Assembly: GCA_963805035.1 (NCBI GenBank) | Contig: CAWDSU010000001.1 | Coordinates: forward strand, 35,465-99,464 | Reading direction: 5' to 3' | From: an uncultured Methanoregulaceae archaeon | Lineage (GTDB): Archaea > Halobacteriota > Methanomicrobia > Methanomicrobiales > Methanospirillaceae | DNA length: 64,000 nucleotides | In this document: positions 21,297 to 29,085 of the stretch, piece by piece | Position numbering within the stretch: the first letter of the stretch is position 1 | Layout: every line of letters starts with the position of its first letter | Program-made: the position numbers and the translations under genes | Notes under the pieces: generated by a model | What the model was told of the DNA's origin: nothing | Database searches by the model: none | What the model saw: only the letters and a program-made list of their open reading frames with translations

Positions 21297-21325
21297 CCGG
21301 ACTTGAAAAATGTCCGGGCCTTTTT
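21297..21325 (+). terminator. Hairpin plus T-run after ruvB
   Basis: CCGGAC-N9-GTCCGG followed by GCCTTTTT. Confidence 0.4.
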
Positions 21326-21487
21326 GCGAACGTTTCTCATGAAGTCCGGATCAGTTTGCGGCTTTCTTAAAAAAGCTGTACCAGATTTGCGTAAACCAAA
21401 ACCAGGATAAAATTGCAAGGGGCGTTGGGCATCCATTACACAAAAAGCCTTGAACCATCAGGACAACAGTTGACCAGAGCACAGTAT

Positions 21488-22403
21488 ATGGAAGTCAACG
21501 GGCCAATAGTCAGGAAGTACCCTAAAAAAATTCATTGCAGAGCCGCAAAAGAAGATCCGGTTGAAAAACTACGATGCCGGCCAGGTTCAGAACGAGTCCC
21601 TGAAAGACAAAAGCGATGAGGAGGTAAACGAGATCCTCAAAGAAGTCCTGAAAAAAGATCAGAGTGCGCTTTTTGCGGCACAGGATCTTCTTGCCGCGTC
21701 CCACAAGTACGGCATTTTGATCGTGCTCCAGGGAATGGACACGGCGGGAAAGGACGGCACGATCCGGCACGTGATGTCCGGTGTGAACCCGCAGGGTTGC
21801 GAGGTGCATTCGTTCAAGGTACCAGGTGTTGAGGATCACGCGCATGATTTCCTCTGGAGATATGAAAAGGTGATGCCCGAGCGCGGCATGATCGGCATAT
21901 TCAACCGCTCCTATTATGAGGACGTTCTTGTCGTCCACGTTCATCCCGAACGCATGGAAGAGCTCCCCGAAAAGATCGGCCCCGATGCAACAGGATTCTG
22001 GGAGGGCAGGTACAAGGACATCAACGCCTTTGAAAAGCACCTGGTGCGGAACGGCACGGTCATTCTGAAGTTCTTCCTCCACATCTCAAAGGACGAGCAG
22101 AAACGGCGGCTGCTCGACCGGCTCAACCACAAGGAAAAGTACTGGAAATTCTCGGTCTCGGATGTCGCAGAGCGGCAGTACTGGGACGATTACATGGATG
22201 CCTACGAAGAGATGCTCTCGGCGACATCGACCGGGTATGCCCCGTGGTTTATCGTGCCCGCGGATCACAAGTGGATGGCCCGCACCTTTGTCGCTGAAGC
22301 AGTCACTTCAGCCATTGAAGGGCTCAGCCTTTCGTACCCAACGTTTCCCGACGAACAGATCCAGCACCTGACGGATGCAAAAAAGCAGCTCGAAGAAGAA
22401 TAA
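21488..22403 (+). CDS. ppk2: Polyphosphate kinase 2 family (class III-like); frameshift near 21521
   Basis: LQGMDTAGKDGTI, GVNPQG, HDFLWR, FNRSYYEDVL, WKFS..D, APWFIVPADHKW; removing one C joins ATG 21488 to the ORF. Confidence 0.9.
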
Positions 22404-22515
22404 ACAGCGAATCTGGGGGATCCGGGCCTTCACCGGTTTTTATGGTGAAGGCACCCTTATCCGTCTAACGCCCATAAAATCCATTATCCCCCCCTCCTAT
22501 TGTACTACGATTTTG

Positions 22516-23809
22516 ATGCGTATACCCATACAATCAGTCACGCCGGAAACCGGCCATGCGGAAGTCTGCGGATGGGTCCACGAGGAAAGAGACCTCGGAG
22601 GACTCGCATTCTTTTTGATCCGCGACAGGACCGGTATTATCCAGGTGACCATCCCAAAAAAGAAAGTTTCAGAAGCAGTGCTTGCCGCTGCAAAGAAGGT
22701 CTCGCGTGAATCCGTTGTCCGTATCGTCGGCACGGTAAAAGCCGTAGAAAAAGCGCCGGGCGGCAGGGAAATTGTTCCCGATACTTTTGAGATCATCGGC
22801 CTCGCCGAAACCCCGCTTCCCCTTGATGTCTCCGAAAAAGTCGGGGCAGAACTCGATACCCGGCTCGATGCACGGTTCCTTGACGTGCGCAGGCCCCGCG
22901 TCGCTGCGGTCTTCCAGATCCGGAGCGCTGCGATGCATGCGGTAAATGACTTCTTCCACAAGGAAGATTTCATCAGCATCACCACCCCGAAGATTGTCGC
23001 CGCAGCGACCGAAGGCGGAACGGAACTCTTCCCGATTGCATATTTCGACAAGGAGGCGTTTTTGAACCAGAGCCCGCAGCTCTACAAGCAGATGATGATG
23101 GCGGGCGGATTCGAGAAGGTTGTCGAGATCGGGCCGATATTCCGGGCCGAGGAGCACAACACCACCAAGCACCTCAACGAGGCAACAAGTATCGATATCG
23201 AAGTCTCGTACGCGGATCACAACGATGTGATGAAGATCCTCGAAAACCTGATCGTCAAAACCTACGAATACGTGAACAGGTCCTGCGGCGACCAGCTGGC
23301 AAACCTCGAACTGACCGATTTTGCCGTGCCAAAGGCCCCGTTTGCCCGGTTACCCTACAGGGAGGCGATCGAGATCGCACAGAAGAAGATGCAGTGAACC
23401 GATCAAGTACGGCGACGATATCAGCGCTGCGGCAGAACACGCGATCGGCGACGAGATGGGCAGCCACTACTTCATCACCGACTGGCCGACCGAGATCCGG
23501 CCCTACTACGCGATGCCCTACGAGGACGATCCGTCCATCTGCAAGGCATTCGACCTCATGCACCCGAGGATGGAGCTCTCGAGCGGCGCAGAGCGTATCC
23601 ACCAGTACGATCTGCTCGTGCAGCAGATCAAAAAGAAGGGCCTCAACCCCGAAAGTTTTGAGTTCTACCTGCGCCCGTTCCGGTACGGGATGCCCCCCCA
23701 CGCGGGATGGGGCCTTGGTGCCGAACGGCTGATCATGACCATGCTCGGGTTGTCAAACATCCGTGAAGCAGTCCTCTTCCCGCGGGACATGCACCGGCTC
23801 GTACCATGA
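22516..23809 (+). CDS. aspS: Archaeal aspartyl-tRNA synthetase; frameshift near 23390
   Basis: [62 protein letters not shown]. Confidence 0.95.
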
Positions 23810-24710
23810 AGGCGTATTTCATCAACAAGGTCCTTGCTACAACAGTCGTCGGGAGTTACCCGGTGGTCAAAGGCTCCGGAATCAAAGCCATTTTTGATCC
23901 ATTAAAACCCGCGGTTGAGACTGCGGTTGCCGACCAGCTCGCTGCCGGGATCGACATCATCTCTGACGGGCAGGTCCGGGGCGACATGATCCAGGCATTC
24001 TCCGGCAAGCTGCCCGGTATCAAGGGGCAGAACGTGGTGGGAAAGGTCCAGCCTGCTTCCGGAGCCATAACCGCAGCGGACACAAAATATGCCCGGTCCA
24101 AATCCCCGTACGTCAAGGGAATCATCACCGGGCCGTCCACGCTCGCCCACGGCCTCCACATCAGCACGCCGATGTACCGGAACCGGGAGGAGCTTGCGCT
24201 CGATCTTGCGGCGGCCCTTGCCGCCGAGGCCCGGTATCTCGAAGCGGCAGGCGCCACGCTCATCCAGATCGATGAGCCGATCTTCTCGACCGGGATCGCC
24301 GATCTTGCCGTAGGAAAGCAGGCGGTCGAACTGATTGCAGGCGCAGTAAAAATCCCGACCTGCATGCATGTCTGCGGCGAGCTCGAAAACGTTATTGACG
24401 ATATCCTAAAGATCAACGTGAACAGTGCTGGACTTCGAGTTCTCGAAGAACCCTGCGAACCTCGAACTCTTTGGCTCCCGGGACCTCGCCGGGCCGGATG
24501 ATTGGTTACGGTTGTGTGGATTCAAGTGCAGAGGCGGTGGAGCCGGTTGCAGAGATCAAAAAGCGGATTGAGAAGGGCGTCGAGATCTTCGGGGCGAAAT
24601 CCATGCTCGTGGACCCCGACTGCGGCCTGCGGATGCGGTCCCGGGAATCGGCCTTCTGGAAACTCAAGAACATGGTTGAGGCTGCCAGGGAAGTGCGGCT
24701 CGCGCTGTAA
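23806..24710 (+). CDS. Core (methylcobalamin-utilising, MetE C-terminal-like) methionine synthase; frameshift near 24424
   Basis: [42 protein letters not shown]; single-barrel length. Confidence 0.88.
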
Positions 24711-24774
24711 CGCCGGGCCGGATATTTTCCCGGATCAGGATTTTACGGGATTTACCACAACTGGAGGATGTACG

Positions 24775-25011
24775 ATGGACGGAAAAAAAGATAAAATTGG
24801 CAGAATCTTACCGATTACATTTGTGAAAAGATTAGTCATATTCGTATTGGCACTCTTGATCGTCATGAACATGGGTGTATTTTATTATACCTACAAAATA
24901 CCATTCAGCACTGTTCTTGTTGTAACCCTCTTTGAGATTGTGTACATGGTCATATTCGTAGCGTTCTGGGTTCCCAGGTATCAACGTGCAGGTGCTCAGG
25001 TCAAGTGGTAA
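24775..25011 (+). CDS. Small AT-rich membrane protein (78 aa, 2 TM)
   Basis: GGAGG RBS, ATG 24775, two hydrophobic helices, T-run after the stop. Confidence 0.65.
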   Translation: MDGKKDKIGRILPITFVKRLVIFVLALLIVMNMGVFYYTYKIPFSTVLVVTLFEIVYMVIFVAFWVPRYQRAGAQVKW

Positions 25012-25084
25012 CTTTTTTTAAGATTCTCATATACCGGGCCAGACTTTTTCAGGAAACCAGAGCCCCCCTCCTTTCGTGAACACA

Positions 25085-25448
25085 GGGCCGGGGCGACCGT
25101 TTTTGTTATCGGCCGGTCCAACCATTTTTTCTGCGGAATGTAAGGTAAGGGTGGGGGGCTACCTTTGATCCGTGTGTGCGGAGGGTCGCCCCGACCATTT
25201 CTGGGATCGATCGGACCGGCCTCTTATCAAGTACGATCGGACCGACCACCATCTCTCGTCTGAAACTCCAGTGGAAGTATATGCCGGGATACTGGAACAA
25301 GAGTGGTCACCCCGACCAATTTTGAAATTGATCGGTCCGATCAATTTTTTTGCGGAGCGGCGCGTGGGGGTAGGGGGGTGATCAATTTTTTTGGAGGCCG
25401 GGGTGGCCGATCATGATGAGGAGCCGGGGCGATCGTTTTCCGGACTGA
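25085..25448. repeat. Cluster of short direct and inverted repeats
   Basis: GCCGGGGCGA(C/T)CGTTTT at 25087 and 25423; GGTC(G/A)CCCCGACCA at 25184 and 25305; CGATCGGACCG at 25208 and 25234; palindrome AAATTGATCGG-T-CCGATCAATTT at 25325-25347. Confidence 0.7.
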
Positions 25449-25549
25449 TACCGTGTTAACTGTGAAAAGTATCAAAATGAATGAGGTTTAAAATATGGAG
25501 TTTTGTTATTTCCTAATAACACACAATCGATTGTGAATTAATTTAAGAT

Positions 25550-25876
25550 CTATGTTTTAGTTTTTTTAAAAAATTCAGTTATTTTTTTCCAGAGGGTCAT
25601 GTTTTCCCCATCTCCCTTCGTTTTAACTTTGGCGATAAAAAATTTACATCTCTCTCCACTATCTACTCTCTCTTTGCTTACTTTCTTTTTTATACCCGTT
25701 TTGTTATGTTTCATCGGGGTTGCCCAGATGTATCCGTCCCTCCCGATAAAATATAGGTATCCCTTTTCATGCGGAATTTCCTCTTTAAAATGCAGATATG
25801 GACAAAATTTATGAGGACTACCATCCCGCCCGTATGGGCAAACTCCAAGACTACAGTTTATCGGACACCTCCCCAT
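25550..25876 (-). CDS. Cys-rich small basic protein with CC1-like (KGYLYFIGRDG) segment
   Basis: TAATG stop/start overlap with upstream gene; C-x3-C-x4-C-x11-C-x3-H N-terminus. Confidence 0.7.
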   Translation of the reverse strand: MGRCPINCSLGVCPYGRDGSPHKFCPYLHFKEEIPHEKGYLYFIGRDGYIWATPMKHNKTGIKKKVSKERVDSGERCKFFIAKVKTKGDGENMTLWKKITEFFKKTKT

Positions 25877-27144
25877 TAGGTACCCCTCCGGGACGAGACT
25901 TTCTTTTGAGGAATACTATCTATCGTATCCATTCTCTCGATAGAATCGAGGTCCAACGAAAGAATGTAATCCAGACTCACCGGGCGGTAATTTGTCACTT
26001 CAGCACTGACGTTGATTGTCCTTTTCTCCCCGTTGATGAAAGGATATTTGTGTATTTCATTATCGTGTGTATGACCGTGAATTAACCATCCTTCAGGATT
26101 ATTTCTTCTCCAATCCAGATCGACCTCTCTTGGATTGTGAACCAAATAGAAAATGTGCCCTTTGTATGAAATACCGTCGTGATGAATTGCACCATGAATT
26201 TTGTGACGGGTGATTCTGCCACCCCTATCTTTTACAACATCATGATTCCCTTCAATGAATATTTTCTTTCCATTGAGGTTTCTTATCCAATGTCCTATCG
26301 AATCTTTGAAGTCGAGATCTCCCAAGAAATAAACAACATTGGTATCATCGATAACGTTGTTCCAATTTTCCACAAGGATTGTATTCATTTCATCAACATC
26401 TGAAACGAGAAACGGCCTTGCAGCATATCGGATAATATTTGCATGACTAAAATGAAGGTCACCGATAAGATAGATAGAATCAGAACTTTCGTGATATTTT
26501 TCCATTCCCTTTTTAATTCTGAACAATTTCGAAGTTTTTTGCCAGTGTCGTTTACTCAGGGACTCCAATCTCGATAAAAGTCTGTGTTGGAGGAGATCAT
26601 ATTCACAAATAATCCTTGCTTTATCGTTGAGCAAAGTAATTCTCAAAGCAGCCATTGGTAAATAAAAATACGGTGCAACGGAATCATCAATACTAGGACC
26701 AAGGGAATTAATGTAAGTTAAAATTCGTCCATATTCAGATTCGAATAATTTATAAGACAACGTCGAGTGAAAAAGGAAATCCTTGTCAAAATCATAGGGC
26801 TTCGTATCTGGAACAATAGAGAATAAGTTCGCAGCAAGTTCCCTCCTGAATTGTTTAAGCCTTTCTGATGGGACGATATTGAAATAGACTACAATTCCCT
26901 TTTCCGCTTCAATAGTTTGCAGACCGTCAATCGTGAAGGGTAAAAACGAATAGTTTCTTCCAACTGTTGCCAATACAGATTTTATTTTTTCAACTTGGAC
27001 AGAGTTTGCGGAAAAACTACCATATAATGAGATATGCGGGACTCGATGTATTTTATTGTCGGGAATTTGGCATTTATCCTTAAAATGTGAAATCCAATCC
27101 TTGATCTTCCATTTTCCGGGGCCTATACGGATCTCTATAAGCAT
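25876..27144 (-). CDS. 2H phosphoesterase fused to calcineurin-like metallophosphoesterase (COG4186-like)
   Basis: N-half HISL and HSTL (two HxS/T motifs); C-half GDLHFSH, FLGDL, EGNHD, LVHNP, HGHTH. Confidence 0.85.
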   Translation of the reverse strand: MLIEIRIGPGKWKIKDWISHFKDKCQIPDNKIHRVPHISLYGSFSANSVQVEKIKSVLATVGRNYSFLPFTIDGLQTIEAEKGIVVYFNIVPSERLKQFRRELAANLFSIVPDTKPYDFDKDFLFHSTLSYKLFESEYGRILTYINSLGPSIDDSVAPYFYLPMAALRITLLNDKARIICEYDLLQHRLLSRLESLSKRHWQKTSKLFRIKKGMEKYHESSDSIYLIGDLHFSHANIIRYAARPFLVSDVDEMNTILVENWNNVIDDTNVVYFLGDLDFKDSIGHWIRNLNGKKIFIEGNHDVVKDRGGRITRHKIHGAIHHDGISYKGHIFYLVHNPREVDLDWRRNNPEGWLIHGHTHDNEIHKYPFINGEKRTINVSAEVTNYRPVSLDYILSLDLDSIERMDTIDSIPQKKVSSRRGT

Positions 27145-27263
27145 CTGTTAGTGACTCTCTACCCCATCAAGATAATAATTTTGGGTTAAGAAAAAGAAAG
27201 TGCCGTGCGTGTCTGCCGGATTGCATAACAGATATAAATAAAGAATGGTGTTTATGATTCACT

Positions 27264-27452
27264 ATGAAATTAAATGATTTTCTTGACCATCCACTAGTTC
27301 CAATGTTGGTGTTTCTAGGCGTTGCTTTTATTGTAATTGGTTACGTTGGAATTGCGATCCAATTGTCACATTCGCAGCTTCCAACTCCAATGGATACTTT
27401 CAATGCCGGTTTCGGTTTCATCGGGATCGCATTGGGATTGAAGGCGCTATAA
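27264..27452 (+). CDS. Small membrane protein (62 aa)
   Basis: TATAAATA about 25 nt upstream; two hydrophobic segments. Confidence 0.5.
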   Translation: MKLNDFLDHPLVPMLVFLGVAFIVIGYVGIAIQLSHSQLPTPMDTFNAGFGFIGIALGLKAL

Positions 27453-27701
27453 GCAATCTTGGTAGGAGATCCCATGGCAGTACTGCCCGGAATGTAAGAT
27501 GATATTGCCGAATTGAAAAACATCAATCTCATTTAAAACAAAAAAGGAGTTTCAGCCCAGATATCGAGAACTTTTTTCATTAAGGTTTAAGGAGGAATTT
27601 TTGACCGCGCGAAACTGATTTTTTCAAATATTTATATTAACAAAGATTGTCCTCTCTTTATAGGAAAGTTTTATATTAACATTTGGCCATTAAAGTTCCT
27701 T

Positions 27702-27866
27702 ATGGCAAGAAGAAAGAATACAAATAATTCTCCTTTAGGCAACTCTCCTTTAGGTGATTCCCCATTGGGAGGCTTAACTCCAAAAGGGTTCTATGCTAGG
27801 ATTACAACAGGGGACGGTCGTAGAATAAATTATGGAAAATATTTACGGGATAAGTTCAGATTCTGA
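27702..27866 (+). CDS. 54-aa basic microprotein with (N/D)SPLG x3
   Basis: MARRKNTNNSPLGNSPLGDSPLGGLTPKGFYARITTGDGRRINYGKYLRDKFRF; TTTATATT box about 25 nt upstream. Confidence 0.55.
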   Translation: MARRKNTNNSPLGNSPLGDSPLGGLTPKGFYARITTGDGRRINYGKYLRDKFRF

Positions 27867-27913
27867 ACCTGATGTTTCAGAAAAGTATTCTCTTTTAAAA
27901 AATTAAGATAGCG

Positions 27914-28009
27914 TTAATGAGGAATACTAGTTCCGATTAAAAACCCAATAAGGAGAATAGCGATCAGAATGGCAACAAAAATGACAATGATAATATCTCT
28001 GGTGGACAT
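27914..28009 (-). CDS. 31-aa single-TM peptide
   Basis: MSTRDIIIVIFVAILIAILLIGFLIGTSIPH; purine-rich AAGGCGAAG upstream. Confidence 0.45.
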   Translation of the reverse strand: MSTRDIIIVIFVAILIAILLIGFLIGTSIPH

Positions 28010-28359
28010 GACTTCGCCTTTCTTACATACCAAATTTTGAAGAGGAGATTATTAAGGTATTCCGATAATTTTTCTTGTGACTTAATCTATATGAGCCTAG
28101 TTGAATTCACATCGGCTATCAGGATAATTTCGGAATTATTCCATATGAGCCGAAAAGGCGGGCTGAAGGAAAACAGGAGATTGGGATCTCCCGATTGTTC
28201 CCCCTAGCGAGACGGGTGTGGCCGTGCCACCCGTCGAGCGCGAGGGGGCGGAGGGGGCGAGTGCTCGCTCAGTTGAGGATAGCGACATCCAGGCATGGGT
28301 CACTCGACCCCCAGACTCATAACGATAGCACAAAAAGAAGAAAAGATCTCCCGGGAAAC

Positions 28360-28980
28360 CTACACCACTCTCGACGTGGTCGATGCCTCGATCCCGTGTT
28401 CCGTGATGATAAAGGGCAGCAGGCGCTGGGGAGCGGCTGCGTCCCGGATCTTGTGCACCGCAAGCGTCCGCTCGATCTCGCTCTGGTTTATCTCTGTTTT
28501 GAGTTCTATCACGAGATCTGCTGCACGCATGAGCCTGGTCATCTCGACAGGCGTGTGAACATTGGTATAGACGATAAACATCAGGATCGCACCACGTTTC
28601 CGCATTTCCTCGCGTGCGAGCCGTAAAAATTTCAGCGCACTGTCGATTCCGTACTTGATGATAATGGTGGAGAGGGAATCGACAACTATCCTGCCACCGA
28701 TCATCTGGGAAAGGTACATCTCGGGATGGAGCTCGGCTGCGTCCAGCATGTCCGTCTCAACATCCCCGTCATTCATCAGGTACGTGCCCTCTTCTCCTTC
28801 AACCTTCCAGAACTGCATCGCTGCAAGGTCGACGCCAGCAAGTGGCGTCCCATAAACCATAATAACAGATCCTTCGGGAAATCCCCCATTCAGAAGAAGG
28901 TTGAGGCCCACGATACCGGTGGACCGCTTCTTTGGTTTGCCGGTGATCGGGACGTCAACTATCTGGGTTTTTGTATCCAC
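28360..28980 (-). CDS. RAD55/KaiC-like RecA-fold protein with degenerate Walker A
   Basis: STGIVGLNLLLNGGFPEGS, GTPLAGVD in place of GxxGxGKT, IVVDSLS, RTLAVHKIR, FIITEHGI. Confidence 0.85.
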   Translation of the reverse strand: MDTKTQIVDVPITGKPKKRSTGIVGLNLLLNGGFPEGSVIMVYGTPLAGVDLAAMQFWKVEGEEGTYLMNDGDVETDMLDAAELHPEMYLSQMIGGRIVVDSLSTIIIKYGIDSALKFLRLAREEMRKRGAILMFIVYTNVHTPVEMTRLMRAADLVIELKTEINQSEIERTLAVHKIRDAAAPQRLLPFIITEHGIEASTTSRVV

Positions 28981-29085
28981 GTTAGGATGCTCCGGCTAAT
29001 ATTACTGGCCGGATATTTAAAAAGTTTCCGGGAATTAAGTCATTTTGTCGCAGAATAATTCGGCAATTCTGCATCAGGACCTGAT

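Noticed and set aside
23390-23400. In-frame TGA in aspS (and in acs at 58618) as selenocysteine or readthrough
   Set aside because: The conserved sequence continues in a different frame, so the stops result from indels.
25413-25448. C/D-box sRNA (ATGATGA...CTGA)
   Set aside because: Only 25 nt between the boxes, no D'/C' pair and no convincing terminal stem.
25085-25448. CRISPR array
   Set aside because: Repeats are short, mixed in orientation and irregularly spaced; no cas genes. No CRISPR array was seen anywhere in the window.
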